NCBI RefSeq assembly: GCF_036321535.1 | Contig: NC_087436.1 | Coordinates: 81,656,001 to 81,720,000, forward strand | Length of the DNA stretch: 64,000 bases | Direction: 5' to 3' | Origin: Camelus dromedarius | Taxonomy: Eukaryota | Shown: piece after piece, positions 38,601-52,288 of the stretch | How positions within the stretch are numbered: position 1 is the first letter of the stretch | Layout of the letters: every line of letters begins with the position of its first letter | Position numbers and translations under genes: made by a program | The notes under the pieces: generated by a model | The model's database searches: none | The model's input: only the letters and a program-made list of their open reading frames with translations | Told to the model about the DNA's origin: nothing

Positions 38601-40724
38601 TCAATTACACATACGGTTTACATAAAACACGCCACAGTTATCACATGGCGTTGTATGCTATTTATTTTTGTCAGTTAATGTGTATACATATTATAGCTAT
38701 TACTAAGGATATAAAAATGTACATGAGTATTAACTTTTCTGCATAACTCAAAAATTAATAACTAACAAATATTAACACCAAGTAGTACAAATTAAAAAGT
38801 GAACACAAGAAGAATCAAGAAGATTATCAAAGATTCAGTTCAGTTATTTGCCAAAAGATATATGAGATGACTTTTACTTACTAGTCTTTATGGGGAACTT
38901 GAATTAAAAGAGCAAGAAACAGTATTTGTGACTTGCTGCCCCTGGAAATCCTGACCACAAGCTTGATGTCACAAAAACGTGCCCAGCTTTCTTTGCATTT
39001 CCAATGTTACTGAATAACAAGTCAATTCATTGGCGGCAATAGAATTCTTGTAACAAAACAACATTCAAATCATTTTTCCTTGTGTAAGTAAAAAACGTAA
39101 ATACACATAAAGATAAATAGCAATAAATAATACAAATTATCTCCATGACATTTCTATTTTCAAAAAGAAATACAGATGAATGAAATGCATTCAACACAAC
39201 AGCTCATCATTTCATTTCTAGCCCCAAGAACACTGCCTGGCACAAAGTAGACACATAATAAATTCTTGTTAAATGAAATAATGAATGAATAAAATGACGT
39301 AATACATGTAATAAGCTTAGTGCAAAAATTAAAATACAGAACTCAGTATGCTAGTTCTTAGTAACAAACATCCAACTGTTTATTAATAATACTACAGTGT
39401 CATTAGTATGCACTATATTAAATAGATATTTGTTCCTGCTGTGAATGTAGTCTGAAGACAAGCTATTCCTCAAACAATGGGAATAGTTTCAAATTGACAG
39501 AGATACATGTATGTATGTACGTATGCAGCATGCACACACATAGGCACAACTCGTCCAAGTTTTAAAAGTATTAAGGTTATACTTTTAAAATATTAATGCT
39601 GAAAGTGCAAGCAAAGCCTTGAATTGTAAAGAAATAGTGAAACTCTTCACTTCCTTTTAACTTTGAACTTATGCCAGGTATTTATAAAAGCAAGAAATAG
39701 TAGTAGTAGCTAATATCTAAAAAGCACTTATGGTGGTTCATATATTTAATTTAACGCTGTCAGGTAGATGCTATTAATTCTCCTGATTTTACAAATGAAA
39801 AAAACTGGGGCAAATTGCTCAAGATCACACAGCCACAGTGAAGCAGAATCAGCCTAGAGTCCAGGTTCATAACCGCTATGCTATTTGGCATCTCAGTGCA
39901 GATGAGATTCAGGTGATACGACAGTGAGAGAAAGGATGATTCCACTATGCAGAATCTGAAATAACACCTCAAAGCTAAATTTATTGCTTAGGGAGAGCTA
40001 TGCTGCCTACGCACAAGGTCCCCAAGCAGAACAGATGACGGATACTGCACGGACGTTCAGGAAGCATGGAGTTCAGGGACTGGCAGAAGTGGGTTGACAT
40101 TAACTGCGGAAGCACGGCTGCTTAGGTCACACTGTTGGTAACAGTTTCATCTTCAAAACATGTTCATTGGAGTGAGTCTGGCTGACTTCCAGAAGTGAGG
40201 CGCTGTAACTGGTTGGTTGGGCTGTAGAAGTATATTCACTCAGGTGAGTTGCCACTGATTGATTAACAGGCTTAAAAGCAGTTCTGGTGGTTTCTTGTTA
40301 CCATGGCTAAAAAACAACTAGTCTTTTACTAGAAGTGTGGGAATTATTATTTTTAAAGCTGCCTTTCATTCCTCCCTCAGCCAAAGTTGCAGAAGAAACC
40401 ATCAAGAATTGTCCAGATCTTCACCACTGTTATTGATGCACCTTAATTGTTCTGTTTGTAGGTATGCGGTTTTTGGTTTGAGAGTGAATCGTATGATTTC
40501 TTTTTGTTTTCTCTTTGAAGCATCTAATAAGACAGTGGCTGCATAGAAGCATTTAAGGTTCTGGCTAACAGATATATAATAACAGTGAAACAAACAAGAA
40601 AATCTGAAAGTATTATAAGAAGAGACCAGAAGGCACTCTGAAAATATAACCCTAGATTTCCCAGGCTTAACCAAGCAAACAAGTTCTTCCTGTTGAAAGG
40701 TGCCTGGGGAAACAAACTTGATTG

Positions 40725-41420
40725 GAGAGTTGAAACTTTCAGCCCCACCCCAAGCTCCCCTACCTCCTGCTAGGGGAGAGGGGCTGGAGATTGAGTTAAG
40801 TCACCAATAGCTATTGATTTAACCAACTACACCTAAGTAATGGAACCTCCTAAAAAAACAAAAGGACAGAGTTCTGGGAGCTTTCAGGTTGGTGAAAACA
40901 TGGAGGTGCAGGGAGAGCGGTGTGCCCAGGGAGGATGTGCAAGTTCCGTGCCGCTTCCCCCCTACCTTGTCCTATGCATCTCTTCCATCTGGCTGTTCCT
41001 TAATTATATCCTTTTATACTGAACAGTAATCTAGTAAGTAAACTCTTTTTCCTGAGTTCTGTGAGCTGCTCTAAGAAAATTAATTGAACTCCAGGAAGAG
41101 GTTGTGGGAACCTTCAGTTTATACTTAGTAGGTCAGAAGCAGGGGTAACAACCTATATCGGGAGTGATGTCTGAAGAATGAGTGTTGCGAAGATGGTGGA
41201 AGGGGGGCAGCCTTGCAGGACTGAGCCCTCAACCCTGAGATCTGATGCTACCTCCAGACAGACGGTGTCGGAATTGTGTTAAGTTGTAGGACACCCAGCT
41301 GGTGTCACGGAATTGCTTGATGTGTGGAAAACCCACACGTCTGGCGTCAGAAGTGAAGTAGTGCTGTAGTAAAGTACTGAGAACAGAGGGGACACACAGG
41401 ACTGTGTTGCTTCTTTACAA
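40725..41420 (+). mobile_element. Second MER21-like solo LTR (partial)
   Basis: Shares aactttcagcccca, ggggctggagatt, ttctgtgagct, ggactgagccctca and gaaaacccacac with 24062-24847. Confidence 0.75.
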
Positions 41421-42846
41421 CAGAATATAATTTTTTATCATTACAGTCTTGCCTATATATTGATGGAATAAGTCCATTTTCAAACAGCTCTTCTACTTCC
41501 TGAAAAGGAGACTAAAAATCCTTCAGCATGAGGCGGGTCTTTTCTTTTATCGTTACTGAGACTGAAAGCACAGACGTGCTGGGACAATTTCACCCAGGTG
41601 CAGTGTAAATGACAAGTACAAGGACATCATCAGAGAGGAGGTAATGGCAGCAGGTGAGTAGGAGAAGAATAAGGGTAAATGGAAGAGCTATACCTGGAGC
41701 ATGATTTTGCCTAATGTATTACACAGCTTTTGGGGAAGGTAACAAACATTTTTTGCCCTGAGAATCCCCTTAAAATTTGTGCAGTGGGGTGGAGTTTTTC
41801 CTCTGCACCTCGGTGAAATCCACATCTCAATTAGTTCTCATTGCTTATTGATTCACTCCTACATAACTGTTGGTCCATACAGCCCCTTTTAATTAAATGA
41901 GAAGTCTCAGTTCAGAATTAGAAGGTCCAATCCCATGGTCATCAACGCTTGAGTCTTCACTCCAAGGAGAGAGGTCTCTTCCTCCTCCCCAGCAGAGACC
42001 TATAGCTAACTGTCACTGTTCTTAGGGAAGGAGTATGGGTTGGCTTTTGTCCTCTGTTCCAACTCACTTCCTCCCTCAATCTCAAGCCCCAGATTAGAAG
42101 AAGAGGGAGATGAAATACAGGAGTTAGGACATTACCTGCCTTGCTGGGCAGCTAACACTCTGGGCCTGCCAGTTCTTAAAGGCTAACTCATTCTCTTCTT
42201 GGCACAGTTGGGGGTTCTATGGAGCTTCTTTGACAGGTACAAATCCATTGCTTTTGGCTCACAATCCCCCACCCTCCCCCTAGCCCTTAGATACGGAACC
42301 ACTCCACACAGACCCTCACCTGCTGGAATCCTGTGTCCTCCTCAGTGATCCCCTAGGCTAAGGTGGAATGTGAAAAGGCACTGTGTTGGCTCTCTCTCCC
42401 TCGTGGGCCCATATCTAGGCATGCATCCATTAACTTCACAAACTCTGAAAACGCAAATCAGCCAAAACACAGAACTTCTGTCCTTCCGACAGCCCCCTCC
42501 AGCTCCTCTCATGTTCTCAGATGTCAGGAAGGATATATGTTTCCAACTGTAGGGAACATGTTTCAAGCATTCTAAGTGGTCTCATGGAAGCTTCTTATCC
42601 TGGACCCAAAGTGGAGGGTAGCATCCTGCCCAAGTCACCTGGGGAAGGAGAGTGGGGACCTAAAAGCTGTAGTCCTCTTCAAAGACATCCTTTTTTTTTT
42701 TTTTTTAACAAATTCTCTCTCCCCTTTCCACATTTTGACTCCTTTTAATTCTTGCAATGACTAAGGTGTCAAAAAGTATTGAAAATCTTTTTTTCTTTGA
42801 AAATTATGCATTTTTTGGCTTATTACTTTGATAGGCAGATCTATTG

Positions 42847-43700
42847 CAGTAGTTTTCAATCCCATCCAACTTAATACACATATTTAATAATAAATCTTTT
42901 TGTCACCCTCCTTTACTACCATGGAGTGAAATTTATAAATAATTAAACCTACCTATTTATACAATTTCAAAGAATCAATACAATGCATCAACTGTGAAAT
43001 AAAATAGAAATAATATTTTATGTATACATATAGTAAAATAATATACATTTCAGTATTTAAATGTTCAGGCATGGCTCCATTAGAAAAGAAAAAGAAGAAG
43101 CCAGGTGTTTGCCCTCACTTGTAATGAGTAAACTTGGATTTTAGAAAAGACAATATTCAAATGAATATTGTCAGCATTTCTTCTCTGTATTTGTCATTTT
43201 AAAATAAGGGATAAATAAATATATTCAGAGTTGGATAGATGAGAGAGAAAGGTCCTTTCAACATGGATTCAACAGCTATTAAGGCAGAATGATCCATTTT
43301 AGCAATTCAAATTCTACAAGCAATACTGCCTTCAGTAACATATTTTGAATTCCTTACCAACCCCTAGGAACTCTGAAAACATAAAAAGATCGTATAAAAT
43401 CTTTCCTCTACCTATACAGTAATTGCATTCCTAGAAAATTCAGTATATATGAAAATCATGACAAAATATAAAGACTTGTCACTTGTGAGATATTCGAAAG
43501 CAGCACAGAGACAGGACAGTTCTTCACTGTGTAGGCTGTCCCACACACCGCCAAAGATCTAGCCTCCTTCCCAGCCAGTTAAAGGCCAGTTGGACCCTCC
43601 TCCAATCATTGCAACACCCAAAAAAGACAAAAAACATCCCAAATTTCCAAAACTTCTCCTGGGGAAGTGTGGCTTATCTTCTCCCACTGAGAATCACTAA
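42847..43700. mobile_element. Old hAT-Charlie-type DNA transposon remnant (MER20B-like)
   Basis: Ends cagtagttttcaa... and ...tgagaatcacta resemble hAT terminal inverted repeats. There is a MER20-like right part at 43520-43700. Confidence 0.45.
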
Positions 43701-46102
43701 TCTATTGTCTCATCATGCCTAGAACAAAACTTAAATGTTAAATCTGTTATATCCTGATGGGAGAAAAAAGAAATGTAAAATCTTTTAAGAGGAGTAAAAG
43801 GAAAAAAGGTCTCGACCAAGAGTACAGTCTTGACCAAGTCACAGTTCACTGTGACTAAATGCTACTATCAGAAGTTTACACCTAAGTCAAGATGCCTATT
43901 ATTTTCCTCTTACTTAGCATCTGCCTGAAGTCTCACTTGAATTTTGTTTAAAAACTTTCCAAAGGACAGAAGGTGATGATTAGGTTGATGACAAAAAAAC
44001 TTAAAAAAAAAGAATAAAATTAAGCTTTTACAACATTTCTTTACAACCTAATGTGACCAAAAATATTAAATCTGAGTTAATAATGTCTGTGCTATTAATT
44101 TTCAGATATTAAAATTTTTCCTGGCTGAATTTCCAAATATTAGCTTTTGTCATCTAGATAAAATGCCTAGACTGGTGTTGAAGTTGAAGGCATTTTTTAA
44201 ACAGTGGTACCCCTTGTTATGAGAGAAAAAAACCCTTTGTATACCTGCTTTATGCAACTGGTTCTTATTCAGAAAAACAAAGTACAAGTGATGAATGGTT
44301 TAACTGACATCCTACAAATATATATATATTTATATATATACATCCTACAAATATATATATATTTATATCCTTGGGAGCCTGATGTAAGGGAAGCAGGGCT
44401 ATATCTCTCACAGGCTTCTTCTCTCCAACCATCAGCTGCTGTGAGCTACTCTTTAGGAAGCTGCATTATGAATGAACAGATAAAAGCCTCATCTCTGCCC
44501 TTACATAAATTTCCTCCAGAGTGAAGACGAGTTTAAACAATGTTTCCTATGGGGTTATCCATGGACCTAGTCCTCTGACTCCACCTTTGACTTCTGTGTA
44601 ACCCTAGGGAAATCTTGGTTCTGTCTGGAACTAGTGATTCTGCTACTTTAGCTGTGTTATGCAAACGTACATAAACAGCAGGCGTGGTTTGTGTGTTAAG
44701 ACCTTTATAGCTCCTCCCAAGCCGTCCGACATTTAGTGCCTTTCAAAACATTTAGGGCCAGAAAATAAAGTTACCAGTCTCTGTCCGTGTAGATATCACC
44801 CTTGGTATCTTCCCACGCTTGTCTCTTTGAGAGACCGGCTCTTAGAGCATGCGCCACACAATTTCTATCTGAGAGGTTTCATTATTTTATCTTTTTGTGT
44901 TACCAGTGCAACTTTTCTGAAAATACTAGAATATTGTTTAGTAAAGGCCCTTTTTCCTCCACATTTGGCCTTATTTTCAGGTGTGAAAGCCTATACACAA
45001 ACCAGTTATGAAATTGAAGAAGATGGAACTAGAGTTGCATAATTTACATTCAAGCCTATTTGTATATTTAATGGCTTCTTCCTTAAGCACATAAAATAAT
45101 ATTTGAATTTCTCAAACTTGCATGTCATCAGAATGCAAGGCTCTATAAATATTATCATAGATCACCACTCTAATTGTAATAAAAAGTTCTGCTTGAATAA
45201 TTATCCTTTAAGATGAGAGCAAATGGAAACAATTTAGACTTCTATCATCTGTTCATATTAGCTAGAATAGTTCAATTTTCAGTAATACCATGCATATGTC
45301 TACATGCAAGTTTTTCAACTATATTATGATTGAAGAATAATAGAACTATCTACTCTAAGATTGACAGCTTTTTTTGTAACTCCACATCCAGCCAAGTGTG
45401 GAGTAGAAAATGACAGAGGTCCAATCCTATGGCTTAGAGAGTCAGGCTACCTCCCCAGGCAGTGAACTCTCTCTCTGGTGATCCTCAAATGAAGGTTTGA
45501 ATTTCTTGGGGGTATAGGAGAAGAAATTCCTGCATTGTATGTGAAATTAGACTGGATGAAGCAAAAAATTTATATGCAACAAGATAGATGATATTGTCTA
45601 TTAACATGGGGAGGGGAGATCGGGTCCTCTGGGGGAAAGCAATTAGACCAGTGGCATGGACTGTTGTCTTTTGACCACCCTGAATGCATTCACACTCATT
45701 TCCTTCCAGGGCAACCATCCCTTTCACATTCTCAACCCAACTGCTTCAAGTAAAACTAACTCTACCTCTGGGATCCAGGAACAGAGCAACCATAGGCTGA
45801 GCCAGGCAGCACATTCCAGCCCTTGGCCACACTGGTGATTTCTAGAGTGGGAACCAGAAACAAAATAGGCCAATCAGGACCAATAAGCTCAATTCCAAAA
45901 TTTTCTTTGCAGCATCAGGGAAATGAAGTATCTCTTATGCTGGAATGCCTATCACCATGCTGTGAGACTGAAGCTTCGCAAAGATGGATAGCAGAACGTG
46001 AAAATGGAGACACTCTTAGAGGAAGCAGAGTAGAAGAGTGGATTTGGAGGATGTCTTTTGAGTTCTGAATTGAGTCATGTCTGTTCATAAACCATTAAGT
46101 CT

Positions 46103-46112
46103 ATTTATTTAT

Positions 46113-46155
<43 letters not shown>

Positions 46156-46161
46156 CCTACC
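46103..46161. repeat. (ATTT)n/(ATCT)n tetranucleotide repeat
   Basis: Direct reading of the sequence. Confidence 0.95.
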
Positions 46162-46462
46162 TGATAAGGCAGTTTGAGTTGGATCTTTTGTAATCTGGAA
46201 AAAGAAAAAATGTTTAACAGATAAAATGGGGATTATAATTCTCCACTCCATTCCCACTACTAAGGATGATGTCAGATACACAGTAGGTGCTCAATAAATG
46301 CCTGCTGAATGAATGAACAAATTCTCTGAGGGGACTTGGAGCAGCAGGAAGGACCACAGTTTGGCTCAGAAGAGGAGAGGGGTGAAGAAGAAGTGGACAC
46401 TGACAATGGGTTGGGGAGGGGATTTTTTTAGAAGGACAGGAAAGGTTTCTAGCAGTTATTAT

Positions 46463-47117
46463 TATAGGCAGATAGAATAGGGGGTCCCCAGAGACGAAGA
46501 ACCAGATGTAGATTTCTTGACATAAGAGAAGCCATTTTAGGGCTAAGCCATTTTGTGATCTAAGCCTGGCCACAATGCTTGTCCATGCAGAAGAACAAGT
46601 CTCAGTAGGTAATGATTTTAAAATAAAAACAGAATGTTCAAGAACATACAGCTATTACCAAGCCAGGAAATTTCTTAACCATATCAGACACACAAAAAAA
46701 TCAGTTGTTAAGACTCCCAGTTCTGTTTCAAAGGTGAAGATTAGCCTGATGCATGTTCCTGAGCTGTTTTACAGGATTCAAACCCCCTTGAGCACACAAC
46801 CACCTAACTAGCTGAAGCCGGAGAATGGATAATGCTGGCCCCTGCTGGCCTTCATGGCTCCAGTCAACCAGGACATGGGCTCTGTCAACCTACAATGACT
46901 TTTGCCCCAGTTCTATGCTGAATTCTCCTAAATATGCATGCATCTTTAGCTTAAAACTTCCCTCAAGTAGCAGTTTGAGAGACACTGCTTTGGGGAAAAT
47001 CCCCCTGTTCTCCTTATTTGTTGCAAGTACTAAAATCCTTCCTTCTTCCTATCTTTGACTTGGCTATGTCTCTTAGCTCAACACTCACCAAGAGGCAAAC
47101 CCAGTTTTCAGGTAATG
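46463..47117 (+). mobile_element. ERV1-like solo LTR
   Basis: LTR-like composition: agccattttgtga, tgagacactgctttggggaaaatcccc, a possible polyA region and 3' end cccagttttcaggtaa. Family not identified. Confidence 0.55.
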
Positions 47118-48561
47118 TGAGTGTGAAACTGGGGGAGATGGAGAGAAGTACAAAGATTACTTTCAGGAACTTTTGCTCCATGACAAGCTACATATAAGAT
47201 TTCTGTACACAGAAAGTATAACCTAAGTTTTTGTAGTCTGCTATTCAAGGCCTTTGGAGTTAGACTTACATCTTTGAACATGAGTTCTTGCAGAAGCTGA
47301 CTTCAAGGCAAAGCACACTTGCCAGTTTTAATGAGGATTATCAATATGTATTTAAAATTCTTTAAATAGAAATCAAGTTCAAATGTGTTGATAAAAAGTA
47401 GGTATATTTTGACCTTTTATCAAGAGACTAAAATAAATGGAACTTTTTTCCTTCAAGCATAGCTTTGATTTAAAAGTTAAGACAATTTAACAAGATAATT
47501 TGAAATGCCTACCACATAAACCTGTGGTTATTTATTTCAATAAATTCAACTCAAATTTTTGGCCATCTTATTTTATTTCTTATAGGTTCCTCTTTTATAT
47601 CAAGTTTGCTTTTTTTCTTAAAGAAATACTTTACTAACCTTTACAAATAAAAAGAAAAAGAATATATTATAGAATCATAAATTTGATTATGTAAATTGAT
47701 TTTGACAATCCTACAACTTTCATAAGCTGAGAAAACCATTTATGATTAGCTATAACAGTAATATTTATGATCAAAAAGAAAGAAAGCAATGTTTCTAACA
47801 GAACTACTACCAGGCAAACATTAACCAGCTGAGTATTTTAAATACTGCAGTAGCTTTTGTTCCATTGAGTACAACTTTTTTCTGAAGGAATCAAGGAATA
47901 TTTTCAGCTTCTTTGCAAAGAACCAATCTATGTCGTGATGCTAAGATAAGTATTCTTTACTTAATCTCTGTGAGACACTATCATTAAATCTGTGGGTCTT
48001 GGTCATACTCTTAAAGCAGAATGATGGAAAATGAAAACAAATCTGAAGGCTCTCCGTGACACCAGGGACAATAATAGAGACATGACTTAAGTTCTATAGT
48101 AACTCTCTATGTGAACTTAAGTATCTTTCTTAACTTCTTTATGTCTCACTAACTCACATAAGGCGAAGGACCTCTTAACGGGTATTAAAGTTGCACTCTA
48201 TTATTGCAACATTAAGAGCATAACACTTAAAACATGTTAGTGAAAAAGGAGAACATCAGAAACTAAAAGAAACAGGAACTGGTGATACTTGAAATTATTT
48301 CTCTTTGAGCAAACAATAATGTGTCATTTGTTCATACTTACTTAGTTTATCACTATTTTAAAACTAAAGCATTTATTTAGTGATTTTTTAAAGAGAGGAT
48401 ATATCTCCAAGGGATATATCAAAATTAGAAAAACATGTATAGTTTGAAAGTAAAATAATTATTTACCCTTTGGTTTTTTTTTTTTTTTTCATTTTAAAAT
48501 GTTTGCTTTTATCTCAAATAATATTAAAAAGGATTTTTAAATTAACAGTGGTGTATAATTT

Positions 48562-48651
48562 TTTCCCCTTCACAAAGGTGCTGGGGATTGAACCCAGGAC
48601 CTCGTGCATGCCAAGCACATGCTCTACCACTAAGCTATGCCCTCCGACCCC
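48562..48651 (-). mobile_element. Vic-1-type tRNA SINE with TSD
   Basis: ggggattgaacccaggacctcgtgcatgccaagcacatgctctaccac. TSD CAGTGGTGTAT at 48546-48556 and 48652-48662. Confidence 0.9.
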
Positions 48652-48705
48652 CAGTGGTGTATGATTTTTACAAGCTGGGAAACCATGACTTAGTAGGCTT
48701 AAGGA

Positions 48706-48828
48706 TATCTTGTAGTAACCTATAATAAAAAACGAATATGAAAACGAATTTATGTATATATATGTATGACTGAAACCTTATGCTTTACACCAGAAATGGA
48801 TACAACATTGCAAACTGGCTATACTTAA

Positions 48829-48873
<45 letters not shown>

Positions 48874-48896
48874 ATGCCAAAAAAAAAAAAAAAAAA
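48706..48896 (+). mobile_element. Short L1 3' end with (TAAA)n and polyA tail
   Basis: tcttgtagtaacctata...acaccagaaatggatacaacattg, followed by (taaa)n and an A-run. Confidence 0.85.
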
Positions 48897-50675
48897 CGAT
48901 AATCAGAAGATGAAGCAAACTTGGGAACCTAAAAACTCAGGAAACACAATTATCTATGGAAAGGGATACCAGGGGAAAACACTGTATTTGTTTGACATTC
49001 TAGCACATTTTCTGTCTTGAGTAGGATCCCATTTATTTTAAAAAGTGAAGTGAAATTCAGAGTTACTATGACAGAGCTTCCTAACCTTTACCAGATCTTG
49101 GCTCACACAGAAAACAATCCCCACATGATGCTCTGGGACAGTGGATGAGGTCGCGCCAAGCTGAGACAACAGCCAAGGACTCTGGGCCACCCTCAGGCAC
49201 AACCCAGTGATTGAGGGGAATCAATATCTCCACACATCTGTGTCCACTTTTGCATAATCTGTGGGGAAACTTTGCTCTTCAAAATGAAAGGGCGCATAAA
49301 TCTTCCACCACTTCTGGAAAACAACTCAAAATGCACCCATTCACAGTAATGAGACAGTAAATATCCACTATGTTACTGCAACACTAAGTATTCTATACAA
49401 GCTATTTCAAGAAAGATGCCCATAGTGTATTACTTCTAAATCCTTAAAAAAAAGTCCCAAGATCTTGTGTATTACTTCTAAATACTCTTTTAAATCCAAA
49501 GATAATTATGACTATTTATTATATGCCAGATGCTGTTTCCACCACTCTAAGAGAGCTAATTCATTTAAATTCATAACAACTGTATGCGGTAGATAGTATT
49601 ATTATCAATATCCGCCCTTAAGATGAGGAGACGGAAGCTCAGTCAGGCTGTTAGCAAATAGCAGAGCTGAGACTGAACCTAAATAACACCTACAGAATTC
49701 CATGTCCCTAGTCACTGCACAGTTCTGCCTCTCTTAAGGTTGAATTCAAATGTAAGTCAAGATTCTTACTCAGCACATATTTTTACTTCCAGTATTAATG
49801 TCCTTTATTATTAATAAGCAATATACAATCTCCCCTTTTGTACCATGAGTAGTCCGAGGGCAAGAATCACTTGTAGCTGCAACCTGCACCCAATACGGCT
49901 TTATCAGTCCATTCATTCAACAAGTCCAGTACTGAGCACCTAACATGCAGTAGGTGCACTAATGGGTGCTGGGAGGGTAAGATGAGCAAGCCAGGCTCTG
50001 GCCTTCATGTCCTCACAGTTTGAGGTGGTTCCTGAGCTGTAATATATTTTGGCAGATGCTGTCCCGGTGGCATGAACTAGTACAATGAGGACACAGAGAA
50101 GGAAACAGCTAATTCTGCTTAGCAATATTAGAAAAGAACAGAAACTTGATAATACCTTTAAAAGACATTTATTTAAAATTTTCCATAATACGTATTAAAT
50201 TTTATAGTTTCTACCCAAAAAAGCACTTAGATGAGATGTAAAGAAGTATGGGGAACTAAAACGCTGAAAAACATGATGCAGCTAATTCTTTTGTGGTGTG
50301 TATTGCTAATACACAAATAATACACACGTATACAAACATATATTTCTCACATCTCACAATCACATCATGTGCAAAGTTACTGCTAACCTATCATTATTTT
50401 GTCACTGTGTTAGAAATTTCAATGATACGCCTTAGGGTTAGACAAGTTTCTGACAAAAGCTCACCTCTTCTCTGACATTATTAACTGATTTTTTTTCTCT
50501 TTTTTATTGAGTGTCTCTTATGGTGCCCTTCCGCTAATGCATTTCTTTCCCACATCCATGTTTAGTACAGTTTCTCATGACAAATGTCGTATTAAGAGGG
50601 AGCAGACATCTTTCAAGCCCTGAAAGCATTATTATAGTAATGTACAGGAAAAATTAGCAAGGGATCATAATGATT

Positions 50676-50703
50676 TCCTCCCTCCCTCCCCCCTCCTTCC
50701 CTT

Positions 50704-50781
<78 letters not shown>

Positions 50782-50819
50782 TACTTCCTTTCTTTTTTTT
50801 TTCTTTTCTTTCTTTTTTC
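50676..50819. repeat. Polypyrimidine tract with (CTTT)n
   Basis: About 145 nt, almost purely C/T. Confidence 0.95.
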
Positions 50820-50942
50820 AAGTAGAGGAGAGGTTTAATTTACTGGGTGTAAGTCACCACAAAGATATGACAGCACAACAGAAAATAACTTTGAATCCCA
50901 AAGCCCATATTAATGTACTCAAATCAGGATATGGTTATCGGT

Positions 50943-50980
50943 TACTACACTTGATCTTAGCCAAAAGGCAGAGAAGAGAT
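50943..50980 (-). pseudogene. 3'-truncated U2 snRNA retropseudogene (U2 nt 1-38)
   Basis: The reverse complement ATCTCTTCTCTGCCTTTTGGCTAAGATCAAGTGTAGTA matches U2 ATCGCTTCTCGGCCTTTTGGCTAAGATCAAGTGTAGTA at 36/38 positions. It is flanked by the direct repeat AGGATATGGTTA at 50926-50937 and 50982-50993. Confidence 0.92.
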
Positions 50981-51684
50981 TAGGATATGGTTAACAGTTG
51001 ACTTAATTTCTATAATAAATCTGTTTGAATCAATTCACATTTAAAAATTACAATAAGCTTTCTAATTGTATAAGATGTTACTCAGCATGTAACAGATATT
51101 GCTCTCTGAAAGAAAAATTTAGTGGTGGGATTAGCTGCCTTGCAGTTTCCTTGGAAGCCGCTTACTTTTTTTTAATTACTACTGAAGTACAGTCAGTTAC
51201 AATGTGTCAGTTTCTGGTGTACAGCACAATGTCCCAGTCATGCATGTAAATATATATATTCGTTTTCATATTCTTTTTCATTAAAGGTGATGCTTTCTTA
51301 TTGTTATTTATTACAAAGAAAGTATTTTATCACTGTTTAAAACTCTTTTTATTATCTTTTAAGTTCAGTTTTAAAGTTGAGTTATGACAGTTTGATCCTA
51401 CCATGTTCAGCCCCACTTATAAAGAAAAGGAGCAAAAATATTTCAGAGCAAGACAATCTGTAAGTAGAGAAGGGCAAATCCATAGAAATCTTGTTTCACA
51501 CCATTGGAAGGAATCTTGAACGTACAATATATGCCCCAGATGTTGAAAGTCCTGGTTTCAAACTCTATCTCAGTAGCCAGACAGTAAGAACAGTATAGTA
51601 GTTTAAGGTCCCTGCACTGGAGACAGGCTACCTGGGCTAAATCTCCATGAATAGACTGCTAACCCTATGACCTTGAACAATAAA

Positions 51685-52288
51685 GCAGAGAGAGTGTGGA
51701 GAAAACTCTAATTTGAAAAGATACACACACCCCAATGTTCATAGCAGAACCATTTATAATAGCCAAGACATGGAAACAACCTAAATGTCTGTCAACGGAT
51801 AACTGGATAAAAAAGTTGTGATATATATACAAAATGGAATGTTACTCAGCCATAAGAAAAGAATGAAATAATGCCACTTGCAGCAACATGGATGGATCTA
51901 GAGATTATCATATTAAATGAAGTAAGTCAGACAGAAAAAGATAAATATCATATGATATCACTTATATGTGGAATCAAAAAATTTACAAATGAACATTTTT
52001 ACAAAACAGAAATAGACTCACAGATATAGAAAACAAACTTATGGAAAGTAGTGGATGGGGAGGAGAAGGTATAAATTAGGGCTTAACATATACAAACTAC
52101 TATATATAAAACAGATAAACAACAATGACCTAATATATAGCACAGGGAACCATGTTCAATATCTTGTAATAATCAATAATGGAAAAGAATCTGAAAAAGA
52201 ATAAAACTGAATCACTTTGCTGTACACCTGAAACTAACACAACATTGTAAATTAACTACACTTCAATTTAAAAAATGGTTTTAAAAAA
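51685..52288 (+). mobile_element. L1 3' end (internally deleted) inserted in a MIR
   Basis: gtgtggagaaaa jumps to ctctaatttgaaaagatac, followed by the ORF2 end and 3'UTR. MIR halves lie at about 51590-51680 and 52290-52400. Confidence 0.85.

Noticed and set aside
24062..41420. The two MER21-like LTRs as the ends of one provirus
   Set aside because: They are 16 kb apart and strongly diverged from each other, with no gag/pol-like sequence between them. They are better explained as independent solo LTRs.
41540..41660. Plus-strand donor CAG|gtgagt (also near 40243) as an antisense lncRNA exon
   Set aside because: Isolated donor matches are expected by chance in 64 kb, and there is no convincing acceptor or promoter.
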